This document shows positions 20,956 to 29,126 of a stretch of 46,781 nucleotides of DNA, piece by piece. Position 1 is the stretch's first letter. The number at the start of each line of letters is the position of its first letter. The translations under genes and the position numbers were made by a program. The notes below the pieces were generated by a model. That model was not told where the DNA came from and made no database searches. It was given only the letters and a program-made list of their open reading frames with translations. This stretch comes from Candidatus Hadarchaeota archaeon (GTDB taxonomy: Archaea; Hadarchaeota; Hadarchaeia; Hadarchaeales; Hadarchaeaceae), in contig CAYFPZ010000063.1 in the NCBI GenBank assembly GCA_964345105.1, forward strand, positions 1 through 46,781, given 5' to 3'.

Positions 20956-21396
20956 GTGGACAGCGTCGACATAAAACTTTTGAAAATGTTGAACAACGAC
21001 GCACACGTTCCGCTGCGCAAAATGGGGCGCGAGGTCGGCCTAAGCACTTCAGGGGTGAGGCGGCGAATTAAGCAACTAGAGCGCTCCGGCCTGATTAAAC
21101 AATACTCAGCACTGATAGACCCTAGAAAATTCGGCTATGGAGTGATGGCTTTCGTCAGCGTTGATGTCGATAGTAGGAGCATGCGCGAGCTCGTTCGTTC
21201 TTTGTCGCGCTGCCACCAAGTATGTGAACTCCATCACACGACAGGAGGTCATGGATTAATGATGAAGATACGTGCCCGCGATGTAGAAAGCCTGAAGAAG
21301 TTTGTCGATGACCGCATCCAATCCCTTGACTCGGTAAAGAGCGTCCAGACCATCGTGGCAATGGAAACCGTCAAGGAAACCATCTTGAATCTCTAG
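20956..21396 (+). CDS. Lrp/AsnC family transcriptional regulator
   Basis: D.VDIKLL..L..DA, GLS...VRRRIKQLE..GLIK.Y HTH, and a C-terminal RAM domain (TTGG). Confidence 0.92.
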   Translation: MDSVDIKLLKMLNNDAHVPLRKMGREVGLSTSGVRRRIKQLERSGLIKQYSALIDPRKFGYGVMAFVSVDVDSRSMRELVRSLSRCHQVCELHHTTGGHGLMMKIRARDVESLKKFVDDRIQSLDSVKSVQTIVAMETVKETILNL

Positions 21397-21404
21397 GTGC
21401 TAAG

Positions 21405-21635
21405 ATGCAAGAAGCCGAGGCAAAACTCGTTCGAGATTCATTTTCATCGGTTATGCCTTATCTTGCGTACCCTCAGGAGCTCCGAAGCTTGATTGAGCGG
21501 ACGCTTGGCGAGAGCGCGAGCATCGAGGAATTCATCGAGGGGCTCAAACGAAGTATTTCTGAGAAAGTGGATACTACACGCAAAACGGATGAACAGATTT
21601 TCCTGAATGAGTTGCGCCGCCGCCTTCCTAAATAA
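21405..21635 (+). CDS. Hypothetical protein
   Basis: 76-aa ORF with AGGTG RBS, tightly following the Lrp gene; no motif recognised. Confidence 0.6.
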   Translation: MQEAEAKLVRDSFSSVMPYLAYPQELRSLIERTLGESASIEEFIEGLKRSISEKVDTTRKTDEQIFLNELRRRLPK

Positions 21636-21685
21636 AATCTAAATTAGTTTAAGTTTGGGTGAGGATATATAAATTGAGGAAGCCT

Positions 21686-22633
21686 ATGGTACGCGCTGAA
21701 ATCAAGCAAATCGCGCAGGATATTCGAACGATGCACATACGTGGCGCTGGCAGAATCGCTCGCGCTGCGGCTCGAGCCTTAAAACTTGTTGCAAAGACGA
21801 GCCGAGCTAAGACACCTGCCGAGTTCACGAGGGAGCTCAGTCGCGTTTCAGAACTTTTGCTGGCAACTCGACCGACCGCGGTTTCGTTGTCAAACGCTGT
21901 CCGCTGCGTCATGCTGGATGTGAAGCGAGCAAAAGAGTTAGATGTTCAAACTCTACGGAGGGCTGTCATTTCTCGCGCGGACGAGTTCATTCGCGATTCA
22001 AGGGGAGCCGTCGAGCAGATAGGCGAGATAGGCGCGCGTCGCATCTCTGATGGTGACATAATACTCACCCACTGCAACAGCGATTGTGCGCTCGCGATAA
22101 TCAAGGCGGCTTTCAAACAGGGCAAGCACATCCAAACATTCGTTACAGAGTCCCGTCCGATGCGGCAGGGCTTAATAAGCGTGCGAGAGCTGAGGAAAGT
22201 TGGAGTTCCCACTACACTCATCGTCGATTCGGCTGTGCGCCATTTTATCCGGGATATCGACAAGATAATCGTTGGTGCGGACAGCATCGCGGCGAATGGG
22301 GCGGTGGTCAACAAGATAGGGACTTCCCAAATCGCCCTCATCGCTCACGAAGCTCGAGTGTTATTTTTCGTTGCTGCAGAGAGCTATAAATTCCACCCTG
22401 AGACGCTCGTAGGGAGGCTGGTAGAGATTGAAGAGCGTTCGCCCAAGGAGATTATTAATCCTAGGCGCTTTCCGGGCGTGAAAATCCGCAATCCAGTCTT
22501 CGACGTCACGCCGCCAGAGTACATAGATCTTATCATAACCGAGCGCGGCATAATTCCACCGTCAGCGGCTTACACGGTGATTCAGGAACTCTTCGAGTGG
22601 AAGCTTGGAGAAAATGAATCTAAACCCATTTGA
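21686..22633 (+). CDS. Ribose-1,5-bisphosphate isomerase (eIF2B-like family)
   Basis: IRGAGRIAR, TRPTAVSL.NA, THCNS (catalytic Cys), ESRP..QG, VGAD, NKIGT, NPVFDVTP. Confidence 0.88.
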   Translation: MVRAEIKQIAQDIRTMHIRGAGRIARAAARALKLVAKTSRAKTPAEFTRELSRVSELLLATRPTAVSLSNAVRCVMLDVKRAKELDVQTLRRAVISRADEFIRDSRGAVEQIGEIGARRISDGDIILTHCNSDCALAIIKAAFKQGKHIQTFVTESRPMRQGLISVRELRKVGVPTTLIVDSAVRHFIRDIDKIIVGADSIAANGAVVNKIGTSQIALIAHEARVLFFVAAESYKFHPETLVGRLVEIEERSPKEIINPRRFPGVKIRNPVFDVTPPEYIDLIITERGIIPPSAAYTVIQELFEWKLGENESKPI

Positions 22634-22634
22634 G

Positions 22635-22860
22635 TTAAATCTCCATTTCTAAGGATTCTAAGATTAATCTTGGGCTGGGGAATTACGATTTTTGCGGGTT
22701 CTAAGATGGCTGCTCTGGAAAATTCCTTAAAAGTATAAAAAAATTTTCTGGGATGAGATGAGAATTTGTCCCTATTTTTACAAAAATTTTCTTAACCTTT
22801 GCGTGATTTTCTTCGGCATGTTCAATGCTTTTTTTCACCAGCTTTTTTCACTGCTGCGAC
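22635..22860 (-). pseudogene. hypA: Degenerate hypA-like (hydrogenase Ni metallochaperone) remnant
   Basis: Read across three frameshifts: VAAVKKLVKKSIEHAEENHAKVKKIFVKIGTNSHLIPENFF/YTFKEFSRAAILEPAKIVIP/RLILESLEMEI*. This matches HypA N- and C-terminal patterns, but MHE and the Zn finger are absent. Confidence 0.6.
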
Positions 22861-23786
22861 AAGGAGAGAAGCTGCATACGTGTATCGGAAAGTTTTCGTG
22901 CAATGAGTTCCGCTACTCTCATCATCACCAGATATCCCCGGCGGCGATTTTTTTTGAAGATTTTATCTACCAATTCATCAGCGACAATGGTAACAACTTT
23001 CACCTTGTCCAAACAGTGCGCGTGAGTGGTGAACTTGCGGGTGCGAAGTAGAGAGGGATAACCAAAAAGCCTACCCTTGGTCATTGTATAGACGGGAATT
23101 CTCTTTCCCGGGTAAATTTCTATTTCTATGGAAATCCTTCCTTCTAAAGGCATGTATATTTTTTCTGCTTTGTCACCCTCTTTGAAAATCAAGTCACCTT
23201 GTTCGAACTCCTCGACTTTTGCCAGCTTGGCGATGTCTTTCAGTTCTTCCAGTGTTAAAAATTCAAAAATATCCATTCCCTTCAAAATTTCCGGTTTGAC
23301 TGCCATCTTACCCTCTTTTTGGTTGTTTATTTCTTTTAAAACTTTTTCGGCTAGAGCAGGCAATTTTTCTTCGATGGTTTTGCTCAATCTGTCGCCCCAT
23401 GAGACTTCCTTTGGTTGTATACCGACAATTCTCACGTTTTTAAAATCGTAACCAATTTTCTTGCCCACCTTTATGACATCGATTAAATCAATTTCATGCA
23501 GTGAAAATTTCTCGCTGCTTGGCATGGAGAGGACCTGATTGGCGTCAAAGCTAGCAATATAACCAGGTTCTTTTCCCATATCCGCGGCGTCCACTAACAC
23601 TACCTTTTCAAAGCCCTTTATCTCCTCCAGAAACTCGAATCCAAGGGTAGCTCCATCTACAAGTTTTATCCTATTGCCCAGCCCTCTACTCTTCAAGTAC
23701 TCAACACACCTTACACCCACACCTTCATCTTTCAGTAGGAGATTTCCTAGGCCGATGATGAGTTTGCTCTTATTCAACGAAATCAA
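22848..23786 (-). CDS. Hydrogenase maturation endopeptidase (HyaD/HycI-like) fused in-frame to a cyclic-nucleotide-binding-like domain
   Basis: aa 1-155: IGLGNLLLKDEGVG, LVDA, SLH, GIQP. From Met161 (ATG 23306, own GAGGG RBS): IF..L..EEL..IA, GDLIFKEGD.AE.IY..LEG.I, G.LFG, i.e. the cNMP/Crp barrel with no HTH. Confidence 0.85.
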   Translation of the reverse strand: MISLNKSKLIIGLGNLLLKDEGVGVRCVEYLKSRGLGNRIKLVDGATLGFEFLEEIKGFEKVVLVDAADMGKEPGYIASFDANQVLSMPSSEKFSLHEIDLIDVIKVGKKIGYDFKNVRIVGIQPKEVSWGDRLSKTIEEKLPALAEKVLKEINNQKEGKMAVKPEILKGMDIFEFLTLEELKDIAKLAKVEEFEQGDLIFKEGDKAEKIYMPLEGRISIEIEIYPGKRIPVYTMTKGRLFGYPSLLRTRKFTTHAHCLDKVKVVTIVADELVDKIFKKNRRRGYLVMMRVAELIARKLSDTRMQLLSLSQQ

Positions 23787-25101
23787 CCTTTAACATATGA
23801 GTTGAACATGAAATACATGGGTCATAAGCTCTGAGTAGCATCTCCAATAAAAGGGTGATCTCCTTTTTTTGTCTGTTTAGTATCTCCGGTACCAATTTCC
23901 TCATATCTTCTTCAATGTTGGCCAAATTTTGAGCCGTTGGGATAATGCATTTTGCCGATTCGATCAGACCGCGGTCATTAAATTTGTACTCGTGGATTAG
24001 TAGCCCTCTGGGGGCCTCAACCACGCCGACACCCCAACTTTTCTTAATGTTAGGAAGTTTTACCGACCAACCCGCGATAGGGGGTCGTTCCTCCCTCTCA
24101 TCCTTTATCCCCCGCGATAATAACTCCTCGATCAATTCTACCATGGACTCCAAACAATGTACGAGTTCAACTATCTGGGCGAAAGTTATGTGGTAAGGAT
24201 TGTAGCTTAGGGTCTCCAATCCAAGTTCTTCTGCTGTTTTCCTCGCCTTTGGCATCAGTTGCCTAAAGTTGTTGTTGAATCTGGAAAGAGCACCTACCAT
24301 GTACGGTTTGACAGGGCCGAATGCATGCTTTGCCGTGGAATAATCAACGACATGTTCGGTTATTTTGAGTTTGTAATCCCTTTGTTTATATTCGCCCGTT
24401 TCAGAAGATCTTATCGCCCCATCGTTGAATGCGTACTCATCGGGATGGGTCAAACACACGTAGTCGGTTTTCCTTTCAAATTGAGGGACTTTCAATTTAG
24501 AGAAAAATTCGACTGTTTTTGGAACATCTTTTTCTAAAAATTGCTTTATTTTGGAGAGTAGTTCCCGCATTTGGTCCTTGGTAACCAAGTTGGTGAAACC
24601 GTCCACGGTCATGGAGATAGGATGGGTATGCCGACCCGTGATTGCATCACAGATATCGTGGGCAAGTTTTTTCCAGTTGATAGCTGTTTTCACAACCTCC
24701 GGAGAGGTAGAGGCCAGAGGAATTACTGAGGGTGTCCCCACAAAATCGGGGGCAGCAAGGAAGAAGCAGTGAAGGGCATGAGAATCTATAATTTCAGCCG
24801 CTGTTAAAATTTTCCTTAAGGTCTCCGTTTGCCAAGTGGGTTTAATGCCCAATGCATCTTCAATTGCTTTTATGGAGGCATTCGTGTGTGATATAGCGCA
24901 GATGCCACAGATACGGCTGGCGATGTGAACGGCTTCAGAAAAACGCCGGTCGGCCAACATCGCCTCAAAAAAGCGAGGTGACTCGACAATTTCGAGTTTG
25001 ACCTCTTTCAACTCCCCTCTTTTTACATCTACCACGATGTTCCCGTGGCCTTCAACTCTGGCGATGTGATGGACATAAACGCTGATATTTTTTCCACTCA
25101 T
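23770..25101 (-). CDS. hydA: Group 3b [NiFe]-hydrogenase (sulfhydrogenase) large/alpha subunit
   Basis: ARVEGHG, L1 RICGIC, EAPRG, L2 YDPCISCSTH followed by a short cleavable tail. Confidence 0.95.
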   Translation of the reverse strand: MSGKNISVYVHHIARVEGHGNIVVDVKRGELKEVKLEIVESPRFFEAMLADRRFSEAVHIASRICGICAISHTNASIKAIEDALGIKPTWQTETLRKILTAAEIIDSHALHCFFLAAPDFVGTPSVIPLASTSPEVVKTAINWKKLAHDICDAITGRHTHPISMTVDGFTNLVTKDQMRELLSKIKQFLEKDVPKTVEFFSKLKVPQFERKTDYVCLTHPDEYAFNDGAIRSSETGEYKQRDYKLKITEHVVDYSTAKHAFGPVKPYMVGALSRFNNNFRQLMPKARKTAEELGLETLSYNPYHITFAQIVELVHCLESMVELIEELLSRGIKDEREERPPIAGWSVKLPNIKKSWGVGVVEAPRGLLIHEYKFNDRGLIESAKCIIPTAQNLANIEEDMRKLVPEILNRQKKEITLLLEMLLRAYDPCISCSTHMLKVDFVE

Positions 25102-25847
25102 CTTCCCAACCCAATCAACCCGTTGTACATGCGATAAAACCTCAACTTATCTTCGGTAGATATCCCATACTCCTCCAAGACCTCCTCGAAAGCGTCCAAA
25201 TTGGGGTCGGGGATTAGTCCTCGACATCCTTCACAGGCATTCCCCACCGATGGACAGGCCGCCCCGCAACCTGCTCTTGTTATCGGCCCCATGCAAACGA
25301 TAGTGTTCGGTTTATGGTATAGGCAGACATTTCCTTTCATTTTACACTCAACGCAGACAGGATAATCTGGGACAAAAGGCTTCATGCCATTTAAAATGGA
25401 GGTTGTAATACGCAAAAACTCCTTTTTATCGATGGGACACTCCGGGATAAAGTAATCTACCTTAATGACGGCATCTACGGGCTGGGCCAATATGGAATCA
25501 AAAACCCATGCCTTATCTCCGTAGACTCTCTTTCTGACTTCTAGCTGATTGTGAAAGTTTTTAATGGCGTTGACTCCAGCGATATGAGCACATGCGCCCA
25601 ACGCTACACATATTTTTGCCCTCTTTCTAATCTCCCTGACCCTTTCTATATCTTGAGAAGTGGAAATCGAGCCCTCAATGAAAGCTATATCGTAATCCTG
25701 TCCCTTGTAACTAGATGCCTCACGGAAGTTAACGATATCCACAGATTTGAAAAGATCCAGAAGTTTGTCCCCCAAGGAAAGGACGGTTAATTGACATCCT
25801 TCGCAGCAGGTGAATTCAAAAAATGCCACTTTTGGTTTTTTCATCAT
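25098..25847 (-). CDS. hydD: Group 3b hydrogenase small/delta subunit
   Basis: TCCEGC, GACA, CP, VCVECK..C, CMGPITRAGC.A.CP..C.GCRG; no Tat signal. Confidence 0.93.
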   Translation of the reverse strand: MMKKPKVAFFEFTCCEGCQLTVLSLGDKLLDLFKSVDIVNFREASSYKGQDYDIAFIEGSISTSQDIERVREIRKRAKICVALGACAHIAGVNAIKNFHNQLEVRKRVYGDKAWVFDSILAQPVDAVIKVDYFIPECPIDKKEFLRITTSILNGMKPFVPDYPVCVECKMKGNVCLYHKPNTIVCMGPITRAGCGAACPSVGNACEGCRGLIPDPNLDAFEEVLEEYGISTEDKLRFYRMYNGLIGLGR

Positions 25848-26659
25848 ATGGCCTCTGGCAAATTTTTAATTTGTTTGTAATTGAAAACTGGGCCGTCCTG
25901 ACAAACATAGATGTTGTTAATCTGACAGTGCCCGCATTTTCCCACCCCACATTTCATCTTGCGCTCCAATGACATCCAGATGTTTTCATCAGGAACTCTG
26001 AGATTTTTCAATCCCCCAATGACAAAGCGATACATGACTGGCGGGCCGACAATGACCGCTTGGGTCTTTCTAGGATCGAGCTGAATGTGGGGGAAAAGGT
26101 TGGTGATGACCCCTACGTTGCCCTGCCAGGTTTCGTCTCCGACATCAACTGTTACATGATACTCGACATCATCTCTCTCTTCCCAGCTCTTCAACTCCTC
26201 TTTGAAAAGAAGTTCCTGCGGTCTCCTCGCACCGTAGAGGATGTAGATTTTTCCATAATCTAATCTGGAATTTAAAACAGTCCAGATGAAAGAACGAAGG
26301 GGGACCAGTCCAAGACCCCCTGCTATGAAGAGTACGTCTTTCCCCTTGAAATGCTCAAGTTCAAACCCTTTACCAAAGGGGCCACGAATTCCAATTCTAT
26401 CCCTTGATCTCTTGCTGTGCAGGGCTTTGGTGACATTGCCTATCGCTCGTACACATAGTTGAAAGGTCGGTAAGCCGGAGGGAGCGGACGAGATGGAGAT
26501 AGGAGCCTCCCCAACGCCAAAAACCGATACCTCCACATATTGTCCTGGTTGGTGGTTGAGACTTTTTCTTGATAGAAGCTCGATTTCAAACAAACGTTCC
26601 GTTTTAGTAAGCTGTTCGATTTTGTTTATTCTGGCTATCTCGGGTTTGTAGATCGTCAT
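25844..26659 (-). CDS. hydG: Group 3b hydrogenase gamma subunit (FAD/NAD(P) binding)
   Basis: PGQY, GEAPISI, RGPFG, AGGLGLVP, GPPVM, ERKMKCGVGKCGHC..CQDGP. Confidence 0.93.
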   Translation of the reverse strand: MTIYKPEIARINKIEQLTKTERLFEIELLSRKSLNHQPGQYVEVSVFGVGEAPISISSAPSGLPTFQLCVRAIGNVTKALHSKRSRDRIGIRGPFGKGFELEHFKGKDVLFIAGGLGLVPLRSFIWTVLNSRLDYGKIYILYGARRPQELLFKEELKSWEERDDVEYHVTVDVGDETWQGNVGVITNLFPHIQLDPRKTQAVIVGPPVMYRFVIGGLKNLRVPDENIWMSLERKMKCGVGKCGHCQINNIYVCQDGPVFNYKQIKNLPEAI

Positions 26660-27702
26660 CTTCGTCCCCCCCTCTCATAAAGTTCATTTTCGATGTCCAA
26701 AGGATCAACAATTTTCGTTAAGCAAGCTTTTCCGCATCTTCCACATCCAGTGCAAAAAGACCTCTCCCATTTTTCAAAAAGGTACCAGTCCTTCCGGTTG
26801 GTTCTGTGGCGCAATCTGGCTCCCCTTTCCTCTCTGAATATCTCTCCTGAGGCCACCCTGGTAAAATCGGTAAGAAGACAACCGTCCCAGAAGCGAGAAC
26901 GATTTCCTCGCTTCAAGTTTAACTCGATATAATCTCTTACATCAAAGCAGTAACAGGTGGGGCATACCATGTTGCAAGACCCACAGTTGAAACACCTTGC
27001 CCCATGTTCATCCCATACCCGGCTGTCGTAATTTTCCCTCAGCAACTTGGGTAGGTCTTCAAGTTTGGGCTTAAGCTTTCGCTGTTCTTTATTAAATAAA
27101 TTGTCTCTTACCCTTCTGATTTTCTTCAATTCCTTGACATCTGATCGAGTCGCTTTTTTAGCAATTCCCGAAATAAGAGATTCTCCTCTTTTTGAACCTA
27201 CTTCCACAAAGAAGTTGTCTCCCATATCGGTTAAGAAAAGGTCAAAACCCTCCCACGGAAGTACGGATCCCTTGCGGTAGCAAAACGACTCTGGGGAGCA
27301 GGGGAGGAGACATTCCACCCCAATTATAGTTAGATACTCCCGCTTCTTGAGATAATTTTCATCCAAATTTTTTTCCGCGAAAACTTTATCCAAAAGTGCA
27401 GTCCCATTGATATCGCAGGGATGGATTCCGAGTAAAATTACCGGTTTTGCATCCACCTTGGCCTCTACCTTGATCTCATCGTCAACTTCATATTCGATCA
27501 ATTCTTCTTCTTGTGGGAAAAGAAAATCTTTTGGAGGGATAACCGTTTGAGGACTTCCCCAGAGGATTTCCTTCGTTGATTTTATCCTTTTAAAATTAGC
27601 CTGATTTTCTTGCTTCGCAGGGGCTACTACTTCTTTTCCATTCCTGATCATCCCGTCAATTAACTTTAAAAAATCTTTCTTGTTTACCAAAAAGTTTCCC
27701 AT
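26656..27702 (-). CDS. hydB: Group 3b hydrogenase beta subunit (Fe-S)
   Basis: GIHPCD, CFNCGSCNMVCPTCYC, WDGC, CTGCGRC..AC. Start ATG 27702 after GGTGA. Confidence 0.92.
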   Translation of the reverse strand: MGNFLVNKKDFLKLIDGMIRNGKEVVAPAKQENQANFKRIKSTKEILWGSPQTVIPPKDFLFPQEEELIEYEVDDEIKVEAKVDAKPVILLGIHPCDINGTALLDKVFAEKNLDENYLKKREYLTIIGVECLLPCSPESFCYRKGSVLPWEGFDLFLTDMGDNFFVEVGSKRGESLISGIAKKATRSDVKELKKIRRVRDNLFNKEQRKLKPKLEDLPKLLRENYDSRVWDEHGARCFNCGSCNMVCPTCYCFDVRDYIELNLKRGNRSRFWDGCLLTDFTRVASGEIFREERGARLRHRTNRKDWYLFEKWERSFCTGCGRCGKACLTKIVDPLDIENELYERGGRR

Positions 27703-27722
27703 TTTTTCACCATTCTGAATCC

Positions 27723-27766
27723 TAAATGCCCGCCCCCGCACCCATCACCCTTATCGGGCTCATTTA
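27723..27766 (-). promoter_or_regulatory. Hairpin / G-quadruplex-capable element in the hydrogenase operon leader
   Basis: Imperfect inverted repeat (27723-27732 with 27755-27766) overlapping GGG-TGAT-GGG-TGC-GGGGG-C-GGG on the coding strand. Function inferred only. Confidence 0.35.
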
Positions 27767-27959
27767 ATTTAGATTGTGGCATTGATGATTTCTTGTTGAA
27801 TTGCAATCCTATGTTAATACTCCCTCTGCAGAGAAATTTTCGTCTACGTTAAACCTTTACGCTCGCTCTCTAATTGAGCAGCTACAGAATGTCGAAGTAC
27901 AATTTAGTTCATGTAGTGGGCGCCGTGAAGGAATTTAACTCTGTTTTCAAAGGTTAGAG

Positions 27960-28226
27960 TTATCCCAGCTTGTAGACGAGATCGCCTTCGCGCACACGCT
28001 GTGGGACCTTCAATCCAATTGATTGCCCCGCGCCAGCACTCTGCACGTTTTCGTGCTCAATCTGCATCGAATCCACTTTCTGCTGGATATTGGTCGTCGC
28101 GCCTTCGATCGATATCATATCGCCTACCTTGAGCTCATCACTGAGTTCAACGACTCCAACCTCTATCTTTGTAAAGTAGTGGGATATTTTCCCCACGAGT
28201 TTCTTCTCAACGGCTGCTTCTTCCAT
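27960..28226 (-). CDS. Small translation-elongation-factor domain II-like (U32 C-terminal-like) beta-barrel protein
   Basis: VGKISHYFTKIEVGVVEL..LKVGD.I.IEG..T...Q.V.SMQI...GLKV..RVREGD.VY. ATG 28226 after GGTGA. Confidence 0.8.
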   Translation of the reverse strand: MEEAAVEKKLVGKISHYFTKIEVGVVELSDELKVGDMISIEGATTNIQQKVDSMQIEHENVQSAGAGQSIGLKVPQRVREGDLVYKLG

Positions 28227-28297
28227 TCTCTTCACCAGATTAAGATAGAATCCTCTAATTAAATGTCTTTCCGCCGAGGTTTCACCGTTGTTAAACA

Positions 28298-28609
28298 CTA
28301 TTCAGCGCTTTTGTTAGGCTTTAAGAACCCCATGCGGTGACCTAAGTTAGGGTACGCCCTAGCAACGGCGAAGGTTATCCCCCAGCTCCCGAAGATTACT
28401 CCGGTGATAGTGACCCCAAGAAGCAAGTCTATAAGTGGTGCTTCCCCGATTAGGAACAGTCCACCGTTCCAAAGGTGGTCTACCACCCCGAACAGCGCAC
28501 CACCATAGAGCAACAGGTTGAGCCACCAGCCCGCTGGACCTCGTCGTTGAGAACCCCAGATTGTCGATGTAATTATCGCCGCTATTAAGGGCACGATGTA
28601 GCAAACCAT
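28298..28609 (-). CDS. Small 3-TM membrane protein, candidate NikR-regulated
   Basis: Three hydrophobic segments, N-terminal MVCY, GG.LFG.VDHLWNG, GGAGG RBS; divergent from nikR. Confidence 0.8.
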   Translation of the reverse strand: MVCYIVPLIAAIITSTIWGSQRRGPAGWWLNLLLYGGALFGVVDHLWNGGLFLIGEAPLIDLLLGVTITGVIFGSWGITFAVARAYPNLGHRMGFLKPNKSAE

Positions 28610-28645
28610 TATTCTGCGCCTCCCAGTGTGCGATTTTAGATAAGA

Positions 28646-28673
28646 GTAATACTTTTTTACTTATAAATATTAC
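28646..28673. promoter_or_regulatory. Putative NikR operator GTAATA-N16-TATTAC overlapping a TATA box
   Basis: Perfect 6-bp inverted half-sites with a 16-bp AT-rich spacer, the same geometry as the E. coli NikR site GTATGA-N16-TCATAC. Lies between nikR and its divergent neighbour. Confidence 0.75.
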
Positions 28674-28721
28674 CACGAAAGGTTGAAAATGAATAAGCCT
28701 GAGTTTGGATGGGTTGGTTGG

Positions 28722-29126
28722 GTGCCGCAGAAAATAACACGGATAAGCCTCACGCTGCCGCAAGAGTTGCTTGATGAGCTTGATCGCTCGCTAAAGGCGC
28801 AACGCTACGCGAGCCGCTCGGAGGCGGTCAGGGACGCACTCCGCGATTTTTTGGCGAGTTATCGTTGGCGGAGCGAGCTGAGAGGCGAGCAACTGGGGGC
28901 CATCCTCGTGATGTATGAGCACGACGTTCGAGGAGTAACCGATGCGCTTATGGACATCCAGCATGAGAGCGCGGGCATCGTAAACGCAGTCCAACACCTT
29001 CATGTCGATGCAAAAAATTGCTTAGAAATCTTGATAGTAAGAGGGTCAGCTGATATGATTCGTCAACTTGTTGACCGATTGGGTGCGCTACGGGGCGTAA
29101 AACAGGCAAAGCTAGTGGTGGTCTAG
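28722..29126 (+). CDS. nikR: Nickel-responsive regulator NikR
   Basis: Ribbon-helix-helix RISLTLP..LL.ELD..SRSEAVRDALR; Ni ligands in IQH and QHLHVD..NCLE. GTG 28722 is the likely start; the ORF runs from 28683. Confidence 0.95.
   Translation: MPQKITRISLTLPQELLDELDRSLKAQRYASRSEAVRDALRDFLASYRWRSELRGEQLGAILVMYEHDVRGVTDALMDIQHESAGIVNAVQHLHVDAKNCLEILIVRGSADMIRQLVDRLGALRGVKQAKLVVV

Noticed and set aside
22758..23051. 97-aa plus-strand ORF in the gap after the isomerase
   Set aside because: Antisense to the cNMP domain and hypA remnant, which explain the region better.
27720..27755. GGTGATGG start resembling a fluoride riboswitch
   Set aside because: The downstream complementary and pseudoknot elements are absent, and the context does not fit.
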